DNA from: a virus
Lineage: Duplodnaviria > Heunggongvirae > Uroviricota > Caudoviricetes
Length of the DNA stretch: 64,000 nt
IMG/VR virus record: IMGVR_UViG_3300032167_005013
Direction: 5' to 3' (one strand)
The position numbers and the translations under genes were made by a program. Below, in pieces: positions 47,952-57,314 of the stretch. The notes under the pieces were generated by a model that was not told the origin of the DNA, searched no databases, and saw only the letters and a program-made list of their open reading frames with translations. Within the stretch, counting starts at the first letter, position 1, and each line of letters starts with the position of its first letter.

Positions 47952-48167
47952 TTATTTAATAGTTAATCTACTCAGAAAAGGTACATCATAGTTTCGATAC
48001 CTTGGATGTTTCCACCAAGGCTCATATTCAAATCTATTATTTAACCAAACCACATTACAACCGTACTTAAAAATACGCCCACCTATAGGAGAATCAAAAC
48101 GGTCTTCACAATATAATTGTGACGGTTCAACATTTGGAACGTCACCACTTTCTAACTTTTTTCGCAT
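47952..48167 (-). CDS. hypothetical protein
   Basis: First gene after the divergent promoter region. Confidence 0.5.
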   Translation of the reverse strand: MRKKLESGDVPNVEPSQLYCEDRFDSPIGGRIFKYGCNVVWLNNRFEYEPWWKHPRYRNYDVPFLSRLTIK

Positions 48168-48446
48168 GCAACTACGTTTTCGGTGCAAAAATAGACTTTT
48201 TTTCTGAAACAACAAAAAAAAGTTGTATTTTTTTTCAATACTTCTATATTTTAAAAAATTAAATAATATACCGTTATTAACAAATTATAACTTATTAATA
48301 TATAGTTAATTATAAAATATTATTTAATATATTATTTTAATTATAAATTATAATTAAACGCGCGTGCGCGAGGCTCTAATGTGAAATTTTGTTTTTTAGA
48401 AAATTGTTATTATATTTGCCGTCGGAAACATTTAAAGTTAAAATTT

Positions 48447-48623
48447 ATGATTGAAGAAACCGTTAAAATTGCGAGTAAATTTTTAAGAAATGCTTATAAT
48501 GATGATATTATTGCTCTTGCACAAATCCTTAATGCTGAGGCGGAAAATAATAAGGAAGTACTGAGAGATTATATTAATTGTGTAAGAACATTTTGTGATA
48601 AACTCTACGATAGTTTGGCATAA
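48447..48623 (+). CDS. hypothetical protein
   Basis: Follows a TTTG-N20-TATATTTGC promoter at ~48388-48419. Confidence 0.6.
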   Translation: MIEETVKIASKFLRNAYNDDIIALAQILNAEAENNKEVLRDYINCVRTFCDKLYDSLA

Positions 48624-48657
48624 TTTTTGTTATAAGCAATTGAAAACACAATTTTGT

Positions 48658-49053
48658 ATGAGAAAAATTTTATTTATTTCGTTTATTAGTATCATGTTTA
48701 TCTCTTGTGAGAAATATGATTTGGAAACAGCTTACTTTCACCAAATTAATTTAGAATTAGACTTTAACCTTGACTACCCTGATGACAATGGTGGATGTGA
48801 TTGTTTCATACATTTGGTTAATAACTACCAAATGCCTATTGATAACATTGTAATTACATACGAGATTCAAAACGCAGATGGGGAATCTGTAAAAGATTAT
48901 AAAACAGAATCTGCAGTAAATAAAGTGAGAATAAAAAGTACTGAACCATTTTATGTTGGGGACAGTTATTGGACCGTGGTTTCTGATATGGTCCATAATA
49001 GTACGGCTCGTTTCTTAAAAATACTTGATATTGAAATTAATTTTTTGAAATAA
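48658..49053 (+). CDS. putative lipoprotein
   Basis: MRKILFISFISIMFIS-C lipobox; sigma54-like box at 48613-48630. Confidence 0.7.
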   Translation: MRKILFISFISIMFISCEKYDLETAYFHQINLELDFNLDYPDDNGGCDCFIHLVNNYQMPIDNIVITYEIQNADGESVKDYKTESAVNKVRIKSTEPFYVGDSYWTVVSDMVHNSTARFLKILDIEINFLK

Positions 49054-49283
49054 TGGTGACTAACAAACAAAAACACGCGGTTCGTTTCATCGTGGAAACA
49101 ATGAGAATCCCCTTTAAAGGAGATATTAATGATATTAAAGACGTGTCCCGTTTTCTTGATGAATACTTTGATGACGCTAAACTATTGAATTCTCAACTTG
49201 AAGAAATTGCTAATTATCATGATGACTGTGCCGCAAGAGAAGATATAATGTATGACTATTGGTTAAGTCAAAATGGTTTTTAA
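49053..49283 (+). CDS. hypothetical protein
   Basis: Overlapping stop/start. Confidence 0.6.
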   Translation: MVTNKQKHAVRFIVETMRIPFKGDINDIKDVSRFLDEYFDDAKLLNSQLEEIANYHDDCAAREDIMYDYWLSQNGF

Positions 49284-49285
49284 TT

Positions 49286-49534
49286 ATGGTTAGAGATTAT
49301 GAGAGTCCAAGACTTTACAGGAGTATGTTCTTAGTCAATAAGACATTATTTGATGGGGCGGTCTATGATATATTTGAAACCGACCGTGCCAGATATCGTA
49401 TTGATGAACCCATATATAATGTAGACGGTGGAGTAAGCGGTGCATATTATCATGAAGGAGGGGCTGATAATACTTTTAGTACTATAGAAAACGGGAGATT
49501 TCTGCTAAAAAATCAAAATAACTTTTTTTGGTAA
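49286..49534 (+). CDS. hypothetical protein
   Basis: Operon packing. Confidence 0.55.
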   Translation: MVRDYESPRLYRSMFLVNKTLFDGAVYDIFETDRARYRIDEPIYNVDGGVSGAYYHEGGADNTFSTIENGRFLLKNQNNFFW

Positions 49535-49584
49535 TTATAACTATTTATTAATTTTGTGGATTAATTTTTTAAAATATTTTTGAT

Positions 49585-50244
49585 ATGAAAAATAAAATTC
49601 TTATTACATTGGGCGTGATGATGATGCTTGCAACACTTGGAGTTTCAGTATTTAATACTATTTCAATTTCAAGACTTTCAGAACATCACGTTCCCGGAGA
49701 GGAAGGCTACTCATACGCCATTGACTGTGTTAGGGAGGCTGAATTGGAATACCATAGATATTATTATGAATATGTAACTGAGGTTCAAAACTATATATCC
49801 TCAGTGGCTCCAACTTCAAATTTAAGGGGATATGCACTTGTTGAACAATGTGAAAAATATGGCGTTGACGTCAAGTTTGTCCTTGTTCAAGGAGAAATTG
49901 AATCCCATTACGGAACAAAGGGAATTGGCGCAAAACTGAATAATGTGTTTAACGTAGGAGTTTTTGACGGTTTGTCCCATTCTGAGATTAATAGTAAGTA
50001 TCGTTACAGTTATCCAAATGAATCCATTGAACCTTATCTAAAACTACTTACAACACGTTACCTCGTCAATAAACTTGAGGGAGACCTCATGGAAAACTAC
50101 GTTGATGTTAATGGTAAACGTTATGCTTCAGATGAACTTTATGAGACAAAATTCAAGGCAAAGTATGAAGCAATTAGCAATACAACAAAGATAGATGAAC
50201 TTCAAGCAAAGGTAAGAAGTTATGCCATTAAATGTGGAAGATAG
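49585..50244 (+). CDS. glucosaminidase-domain cell-wall hydrolase with N-terminal TM
   Basis: QGEIESHYGTKG...NNVFNV...RYASD..Y lysozyme-like (GH73-related) motifs. Confidence 0.7.
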   Translation: MKNKILITLGVMMMLATLGVSVFNTISISRLSEHHVPGEEGYSYAIDCVREAELEYHRYYYEYVTEVQNYISSVAPTSNLRGYALVEQCEKYGVDVKFVLVQGEIESHYGTKGIGAKLNNVFNVGVFDGLSHSEINSKYRYSYPNESIEPYLKLLTTRYLVNKLEGDLMENYVDVNGKRYASDELYETKFKAKYEAISNTTKIDELQAKVRSYAIKCGR

Positions 50245-50247
50245 AAA

Positions 50248-50556
50248 ATGAGGAAGAAGTCATTAAATAACCCCAAATACCTTGATTTTCATTCTTTTGA
50301 ACGATTTTCAATTTTTAAGAAGGAGAATTCTTTTCGAAAACCATTAAAAAAAATTCGAGGAGAATCTCTCCTTAGTGTAGCAAACGCCGGATATTTGGAA
50401 TATGATGACGAACATGCAATTTTTCAGCCATCTGTTGATGCGATTTTTGAAAGCCGTGATAAATCTTTATTTTCTGACTGTCTTTTTGTGGAACCCAAAA
50501 ATAATGAACAATCATTTTTTTGTGGAGGGAATTTTGGTATACTAAAACTTTTATAG
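50248..50556 (+). CDS. hypothetical protein
   Basis: Operon packing. Confidence 0.55.
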   Translation: MRKKSLNNPKYLDFHSFERFSIFKKENSFRKPLKKIRGESLLSVANAGYLEYDDEHAIFQPSVDAIFESRDKSLFSDCLFVEPKNNEQSFFCGGNFGILKLL

Positions 50557-50560
50557 GTAT

Positions 50561-50577
50561 TTTGGCACGGTATTTGT
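50561..50577 (+). promoter_or_regulatory. sigma54-type -24/-12 box
   Basis: TTTGGCACGGTATTTGT on the plus strand before a plus-strand gene. Confidence 0.7.
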
Positions 50578-50611
50578 TGTAATTCACCGTAGATTTTTAC
50601 ACATTTTTATT

Positions 50612-51229
50612 ATGCACATACTTTCACTACAGGACCTTAATAAGTGGTTTAAGGAATTTAATACCAAATATTTCGATGGGGAACTTAAAGCACCAATTTT
50701 TAGTATATCAAACACTAAAGTTGCTTTAGGTGACTTTAAACCTATGGGTAATCTTTCCCGTATCCGTATATCATCTTTTTTCAAAAGAGAAATCAGAGGA
50801 TATCAGCAAACCCTCATTCATGAAATGATTCATTTATGGCAATGGCAGAATAAACTTACTGATAGAAAACATGGTTATGATTTCAAAAGAAAAGCACGTG
50901 AAATCAATCGTGATGGGTGGGATATTTCAAGAGTTACTTCATTAACTTACGATGAAGCAAAATCCGTAGACCCAGTTTATTGTGACTTGATGATTTGGAG
51001 GAATGATAGAGGTATTGCAGTTGCAAGAGTATCCGATACGTCTGCAGCATTATTTTACCATCAATATCAGTCATCCCTTGATGACTTGAAATTTGTACGG
51101 GCTTATGGTTCCTATTTTTCACAGTTCAAAGTTAGTAGAAAACGTGTAACTTATTACACATTAACAGAAACAGAGTTCAAAGAAAAAATCAAACCTTACA
51201 TTATAAAAGAATATTCTTATGCGGCGTAA
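50612..51229 (+). CDS. SprT-like zinc metalloprotease
   Basis: FNTKYFDGEL, TLIHEMIHLW, HGYDFK. Confidence 0.85.
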   Translation: MHILSLQDLNKWFKEFNTKYFDGELKAPIFSISNTKVALGDFKPMGNLSRIRISSFFKREIRGYQQTLIHEMIHLWQWQNKLTDRKHGYDFKRKAREINRDGWDISRVTSLTYDEAKSVDPVYCDLMIWRNDRGIAVARVSDTSAALFYHQYQSSLDDLKFVRAYGSYFSQFKVSRKRVTYYTLTETEFKEKIKPYIIKEYSYAA

Positions 51230-51401
51230 AAGAAAAGCAACTACTTTTTCAGATACTGTGCATGGCAGTATGATACAAAATTTCAATAAATGGTTGACTT
51301 TAGCTGATGAATGTGATTATGAAATTATCAGCATTACACCACTTAAAGAAAATAGAATACTAGTTTTATATACTTATATCAACAAAGAAGAAAAAATATG
51401 A
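51219..51401 (+). CDS. hypothetical protein
   Basis: Operon packing. Confidence 0.55.
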   Translation: MRRKRKATTFSDTVHGSMIQNFNKWLTLADECDYEIISITPLKENRILVLYTYINKEEKI

Positions 51402-51649
51402 AAAATTTTCTAACAGTTATATTCGGTGCAATTTATCAATGTTTTATCATCGGAGGTATGGTTCTTGCTATAATGTTTGCTATTGGTATGTTCACATACG
51501 GTTATTGCACAGATATTATTTCAAAAATATGTTTTGGTGGTATCATTCTTTGTATTGGCGTTGAAATTCTCCATAAAGCGCAAGAACTTACAGAACTTAT
51601 AATGTATGTCATTGAACGTCGAAAAGATAAAAAAGGCTCCGAGAAATAA
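51398..51649 (+). CDS. small membrane protein
   Basis: Two TM segments. Confidence 0.6.
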   Translation: MKNFLTVIFGAIYQCFIIGGMVLAIMFAIGMFTYGYCTDIISKICFGGIILCIGVEILHKAQELTELIMYVIERRKDKKGSEK

Positions 51650-51688
51650 TCCTCAGAGCCAAAAAAAGATAAAGTATGTTTGAATGGT

Positions 51689-53611
51689 TTAGAGATTTAA
51701 ATGTTTTTTAATCATTTGAATTTCTGAATAAAGGATATCAAGCCCTTTTAAAGCAATGACACTCAATTTTGAATAATCCACTGATAATTTTCCCGTATCA
51801 TCTTCAGAAACCAATTCAGGATAAAGTTCACGAACTTTTTGTGCGGATGTACCCATTTGCATATCCTCATTACCGTTGTTCCACGTGAAATATGCTTTCG
51901 GTAATTTTAAAAGTTTTTCAAAATCAACTTCCACATCACCATGGAATGTCTTAAGTCGCTCATCGGAATCCTGATAATAACCCGTACAACCATGAAGAGT
52001 ATTTCCTGACATGTAGATACTTGACTTGGTAAGTCCTGTTGTGGTAGTTCCTGATGATACCGCACCTACCAAATATGATGTTGTACCTGAATCATATGTT
52101 GAAGTAACTGCACTATCGGTGAATTTTGCATTTGAAGGGACAGACTTAGCTAAAGTATAAGTACATGTTACAGGTTGTCCACTTGAATTAAAATATACAG
52201 GCTGATTTTCTGAACCAATTGCGTTTATATTAGTCAATCTTGCTGCAGATGCTGCAGTATTTGCACTTGCAACCGTTGCTGCTGATGTTATGAAATCGCT
52301 GTCATTTGTCAAATGGCTCGTCTTTGTCGGGATGTTGATTGTCTTTGCAGCTGCATTTGGGTCATAAGTAACGGCAGTGAAGGCGCCTGCCTGTGCAGTT
52401 AGGCTATATATTGTCTGATGGTCAATTAAATACTGACCGTGGGTGTGGGCTGCTGATGCAGCCTCACCTGCAGCATACGTTTTACCGTTTAAGTCGCCAC
52501 TAATCAATTTTGCAATACCATATCCGGTTGTTGCCGATGTTCCTGTTACTGCAGTCCACTTTCCATTTGCAAGGTCATATGCAGCCTTTACAGCACTTGG
52601 AGTTGCAGCAAGGGATGTGGATGTACTATTCGTTGCTGTACTTAACTGGGTCAAACCATAGGTACTTGTGGTTGCTGTTGCTGCTGTATATTTTCCGTTT
52701 GCTGTATTTTGCGCTGTTGTAGCTGCATTTTGTGCTGCATTTGCAGTTGACTGTGCTGCAACTGCGGCATCATACGCTGTTTTAACAGCATTTGCTGTTG
52801 CGGCACTGATGGTACTTGTACTATCAACTCCGTTATATACAGGTCTCCATGTATCAGGATTTGTAGGCATTGTATAAGTTGTTGTTGATGAACTTACATA
52901 ATGCCCCTTATTATCAAATTTAATAGAAGGAATTGTAATAGTCCCTTCCCAATCAAGAGTACCACTGCCTCCTTGTGCAGTCACTGCTGTTGCTGACGGC
53001 ACATAGTGCCCATCCTGTGTTGTTGCAGTATCTGTAAAAACAGCATTTGAAGGAACATTTTTATTTATTTCATAACTAATTTCGGCAGGCTTTCCCTCTT
53101 TAAAGTAAACAGGTTTATTGGTTGCCCCTGCAGATGCAGTATCCAATTTAACCGCTGATATTGCGGAACCACCTACAGATGCGGAACCGGCATAATTATG
53201 TGTGTGGTTTCCAATTGCGACTGTGGAATCTGTTGTTCCTATCGGGAGTCTCCCTATGTTTATTGTACCTGCAGTTATTGCACTTGCATCATGTGTATGA
53301 CCCGTATCGGATTTGGTTGCGAGGGTTCTGATAATTTCAGAATTGTCTCCAATTTTAACCCATGAGTTTTCTAATGTTGGGTCTGCAGCGATTGGAGTAC
53401 CATTTGCGTCAAATGACGCTGTTTTAAGTGCATATATCACATTTTCCTCACAAACAAGGACCGATAAACCCGCATAAGCAGGTGCTGTTTTATCATCCCA
53501 TACTGTGGTTAGGTCACTTTTCTTTGGGACCCTCATTCTTGAATCAACAGGGCCCGCAGCTGTAATATTAAAACCATATCCGTATGTTAAAGCGTTTTTT
53601 ACAATTGCCAT
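51689..53611 (-). CDS. tail fibre protein with C-terminal intramolecular chaperone (peptidase S74-like)
   Basis: YGLTQLSTAT..STS..AATPSAVKAAYDLA fibre repeats; YQDSDERLK chaperone motif. Confidence 0.85.
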   Translation of the reverse strand: MAIVKNALTYGYGFNITAAGPVDSRMRVPKKSDLTTVWDDKTAPAYAGLSVLVCEENVIYALKTASFDANGTPIAADPTLENSWVKIGDNSEIIRTLATKSDTGHTHDASAITAGTINIGRLPIGTTDSTVAIGNHTHNYAGSASVGGSAISAVKLDTASAGATNKPVYFKEGKPAEISYEINKNVPSNAVFTDTATTQDGHYVPSATAVTAQGGSGTLDWEGTITIPSIKFDNKGHYVSSSTTTYTMPTNPDTWRPVYNGVDSTSTISAATANAVKTAYDAAVAAQSTANAAQNAATTAQNTANGKYTAATATTSTYGLTQLSTATNSTSTSLAATPSAVKAAYDLANGKWTAVTGTSATTGYGIAKLISGDLNGKTYAAGEAASAAHTHGQYLIDHQTIYSLTAQAGAFTAVTYDPNAAAKTINIPTKTSHLTNDSDFITSAATVASANTAASAARLTNINAIGSENQPVYFNSSGQPVTCTYTLAKSVPSNAKFTDSAVTSTYDSGTTSYLVGAVSSGTTTTGLTKSSIYMSGNTLHGCTGYYQDSDERLKTFHGDVEVDFEKLLKLPKAYFTWNNGNEDMQMGTSAQKVRELYPELVSEDDTGKLSVDYSKLSVIALKGLDILYSEIQMIKKHLNL

Positions 53612-53630
53612 TTCTAAAATTGTTTAAATA

Positions 53631-55577
53631 TTATGCATTAAGGGCGCTGTTAAGCACTATCTGATATGTATTGCCTTCACCCTGAGTTCCATCAGTTTTA
53701 AGTCTCTTATATGTATAAGATGTTCCGTTAATTGTTTTTGTAACTGTTGTATCTGTTGTATATGCAGCAGAGAAATTAGTCCAATTACCCGAAGGGTCTT
53801 TTATTTTGAAAGATGAAATTGACTTAGTTGAAGGGAAATCAAACATAAATGGGTTACTTCCAACCTCACCCGGAACACTTGTAAATGTAAATGTTGCGCT
53901 TGTTTGAAGCGTTTGCTTTGCACTTGCATCAGCAATTAACGCACCTCCTGAAATATTGGTATAAACCGGATAAACTCCCGTCACACTATATGTTGATGAT
54001 GCTGTCGGACGATTTGAATCTGTTGCAGATTTTGCTGCGACTGCTGCTGATTTATGTCTTTCGCTTCTTTCTCCAAGGTTTGAAACAATGTATTTAGCAC
54101 CAATTCCTGCATAAGAATAAGTATAAATAGGTCCTGTTTCGGTAACCGTATACTTATTACTTCCAAGACTTGCTGTCAATGTCACTGAAGCCAATGAACA
54201 AGAGTCATATGCGGCATTCGATGCAGATGCAGGAACATCCCCTACGAATCCTGACTTGGACGCTGACAACGAGTAAACCTCGCCTGACTTCTGACTATAT
54301 GACATCGTATCGGTAATCGTGGTGCTTGTATTGATGGCCCCATCAATTGTGTCTGAATAACCATGTTCAAAGCCGCTTACCTCAGGATTTGTAACACTTG
54401 TGGACACTGACTTTGCTGTTACTGCATTTATTGTGATGTTCTTTCCTACCTCAACAAGCGAATCTGAACTCACATTTGCACTTATGGAAGGGCTTGAAAG
54501 TGACAATGAGAATGAACCTGATGAAGACGATGCAATAGGGTAAATCTCAACACAAAGAAGATTTTTAAGAAACTCTTGAATTGATGTTCCAACCGGTATT
54601 TTACCATCTGTATAAACCTTTTTTGCTATATCCGCGAGTGGTCCACCTTCGATAGTTATTTCCTCAGAAACAAAAGTGTCATCAGTAGTTATGCCTGTAA
54701 CAGTTAATTCATTTAAATCATTTAATGTCAAATGATTATCATCAGCGATAAGGACATTAACAGTGTTACCTGATAAGCCAAGGCCATCACCATAAGAAAC
54801 TGTTGAAGCCATGTTTTGCTTAATGGTTTCAATTTCTTGTGTATTTCCTGTTATGAGGTCATAATATTCACCCAATGTTTCAGTGTGAGAGGTAACAGTA
54901 TTATTTACAGTCTTGATTTCTTGTGTATTTTTAGTAATCGCTTCATAATGCTCACTCAATGTTTCAGTATGTGCGGTTACTATATCGTTAATACCGCCCA
55001 CAGTTTCAGACAATGATGTTAATCCATTTGAAATTGTTTCGACATCATCATTGATAGCGACAGCCTTATTGCCCATGTACAATGTACCACCACTCATCCA
55101 AACATTTGTATTTGAATATGTTTCAATACCATCACCATTTTGCTCCGAAGCACCTATCAAATAAAGTTTTTCTTCTGAATTAGAAGAGCCTGCAGTATTT
55201 TTGGTATCATTGTCAGACATTGTTTTCAATGTTTCTTCAATACTTTTAATTGATTCTGTATTTGAAGATACATTATCGGTTATTCCACTTATACTATCAG
55301 TGATACCGCTGATGGTTTCATTTATTGTTTCAATTTCATTTCCACCTATTTTTCCCCATGAACTTTCAAGCGTATAATCTGAATTCAAACAAATTCTAAC
55401 CTCCCCTTTAGGGTCAGACACAATAAGTCCGGGATAAGGTTTTACTTTATCCCAGTTCTCAGGTAAGTAGATATGAGATATGTCGGAAACAAAAGTTCTC
55501 GAATCAATTGGCTCCGCATTGGTGATATTAAAACCACCGGCCAGAGAAAATGAGTTATTATATCTAATTTCAGCCAT
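53631..55577 (-). CDS. putative virion fibre/structural protein
   Basis: S/T-rich; N-terminus like 51689, C-half paralogous to 55586. Confidence 0.75.
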   Translation of the reverse strand: MAEIRYNNSFSLAGGFNITNAEPIDSRTFVSDISHIYLPENWDKVKPYPGLIVSDPKGEVRICLNSDYTLESSWGKIGGNEIETINETISGITDSISGITDNVSSNTESIKSIEETLKTMSDNDTKNTAGSSNSEEKLYLIGASEQNGDGIETYSNTNVWMSGGTLYMGNKAVAINDDVETISNGLTSLSETVGGINDIVTAHTETLSEHYEAITKNTQEIKTVNNTVTSHTETLGEYYDLITGNTQEIETIKQNMASTVSYGDGLGLSGNTVNVLIADDNHLTLNDLNELTVTGITTDDTFVSEEITIEGGPLADIAKKVYTDGKIPVGTSIQEFLKNLLCVEIYPIASSSSGSFSLSLSSPSISANVSSDSLVEVGKNITINAVTAKSVSTSVTNPEVSGFEHGYSDTIDGAINTSTTITDTMSYSQKSGEVYSLSASKSGFVGDVPASASNAAYDSCSLASVTLTASLGSNKYTVTETGPIYTYSYAGIGAKYIVSNLGERSERHKSAAVAAKSATDSNRPTASSTYSVTGVYPVYTNISGGALIADASAKQTLQTSATFTFTSVPGEVGSNPFMFDFPSTKSISSFKIKDPSGNWTNFSAAYTTDTTVTKTINGTSYTYKRLKTDGTQGEGNTYQIVLNSALNA

Positions 55578-55585
55578 ATCCTATA

Positions 55586-57217
55586 TTACTTGGTATTAAG
55601 ATTTTTATTTAATGTAAAGCGGAATTTTGTTGTTTCCGAATATGCATTACCGGCTCTTTTCCAAACTTTATAAGCGAGTTCATTACCTTGCACGGTATAT
55701 GTTGCATCTTCAGTTGAACTACCTCCCGTATATGTCTCATATGCTTTTGACATTGTATTGTAGATTTCTACGGTCGAAAGACTATGTGTCGCAGGGTAAG
55801 CAAATGCATGGTATGCATCAGTTTCAGGTCCAAAAGAAATCTCAAAGACTTTTCCTGAAGAAAGACTGAGACGTTTATTAACATCAACAGTGTTTGAAAC
55901 GGTTTCCGATACCATATTAGTATAAACAGGATAAACACCCGTCACACTATATGATGCTGATGAAGAAGGTCTGTTTGATGTTGTTGTTGAAACAGCAGCA
56001 ATCGAAACTGACTTGTTATCATTATTCCTTCCCCCGAGATTGGACACAATATATTTGGAAGGTATCCCCGGATGTGAATATTCATAAGCAGGTCCCCCAT
56101 TGCTGACACTATATGTATTGGTACCTACCGCCACAGTAAATGCTACTGAAGCCAATGAGCAAGAGCCATATGTTGCGTTAGATGCAGATGCAGGGACATC
56201 CCCAACAAATCCTGACTTGGATGCTGACAACGAATAAACCTCGCCCGATTTCTGTGCATATGTATATGATGTTGAAATAGAAGTGCTTGTATTAATTGTT
56301 CCGTCAATTGTATCCGAATAACCATGTTTGAATCCACTCACCTTAGGGTCTGTCTTGGACACCCCCACCCCTTTAGAAACGACTGAATTAATAACAACCT
56401 CAGTACCTACCTCAACAAGCGAACCGGAATTCACATTTGCTGAGATTGAAGGATTTGAAAGTGACAGTGAGAATGAAGGGCTGTTTTTTGATGTAGTTGG
56501 GTAGATTTCAACGCAAAGAAGAGCCTTAAGGAATGATTGTATGTCAGTTCCTTTCGGTAACACACCACTTGGATAAGCCTGTTTTACTGTACTTGCAAGA
56601 GGCCCACCTTCAATTGTTATATCCTCATTTATAATTGTTTTATTTGTATTAATATCATCAACGACGAGTTCATTGTTATCATTAACTGAGAGGAAGTTAT
56701 TGTCCTCTTGTATCTTTACATTAATATTGGAACCATCGACAACATCAATGCCAACGCCTTCATAAACTTCAGTCCTGATATTACTAACAGTTTCTTCAAG
56801 AGTTGCAATGGCTTCGTTAATCGGTTTGAAAGAGATTGTCCCTGTCTTGACCTTATTGACATGGCCAAGCGGATTTGCCTCTACAGCCGTTACTATATTG
56901 ATATTATCTTCAGGCACATCTTCTTGTTCCTTAACGACATTCACTGAAGTGTGAACAACATTATATATTGTCTGTCCGCTTTTAATTTCCGGAGTAATCT
57001 TTACCGCACCCTCAGTTGTTCCTGCATCTCCTTTCACTGAAACCCCATGTATCTCATAGGTATTCATATTGTTGTCCTTGATAAGGATTGCGGGAAGTTT
57101 GCTGTCATTAACGACAACCATTTCACCGAGAGCGAATTTGGAAACGTCACTGAACATCCCTTCGGCTGTTGCCCTGTCCTTTCCAAACTTATTAACTATC
57201 TTTCTATTCCCATTCAT
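55586..57217 (-). CDS. putative virion fibre/structural protein
   Basis: Shares ITIEGGPLA...LLCVEIYP...SVTGVYPVYTN with 53631. Confidence 0.75.
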   Translation of the reverse strand: MNGNRKIVNKFGKDRATAEGMFSDVSKFALGEMVVVNDSKLPAILIKDNNMNTYEIHGVSVKGDAGTTEGAVKITPEIKSGQTIYNVVHTSVNVVKEQEDVPEDNINIVTAVEANPLGHVNKVKTGTISFKPINEAIATLEETVSNIRTEVYEGVGIDVVDGSNINVKIQEDNNFLSVNDNNELVVDDINTNKTIINEDITIEGGPLASTVKQAYPSGVLPKGTDIQSFLKALLCVEIYPTTSKNSPSFSLSLSNPSISANVNSGSLVEVGTEVVINSVVSKGVGVSKTDPKVSGFKHGYSDTIDGTINTSTSISTSYTYAQKSGEVYSLSASKSGFVGDVPASASNATYGSCSLASVAFTVAVGTNTYSVSNGGPAYEYSHPGIPSKYIVSNLGGRNNDNKSVSIAAVSTTTSNRPSSSASYSVTGVYPVYTNMVSETVSNTVDVNKRLSLSSGKVFEISFGPETDAYHAFAYPATHSLSTVEIYNTMSKAYETYTGGSSTEDATYTVQGNELAYKVWKRAGNAYSETTKFRFTLNKNLNTK

Positions 57218-57257
57218 GATAAAAATCAACCTATTATGTTATAAATAGTTCTTCAGA

Positions 57258-57291
57258 TTTGTTTGTTTGGCATGATATTTGTATATTTGCA
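57258..57291 (+). promoter_or_regulatory. housekeeping promoter with nested sigma54-like box
   Basis: TTTG-tttgtttggcatgatatttg-TATATTTGC. Confidence 0.7.
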
Positions 57292-57314
57292 TCGTAGATT
57301 TTAAAGTAAAAAAT

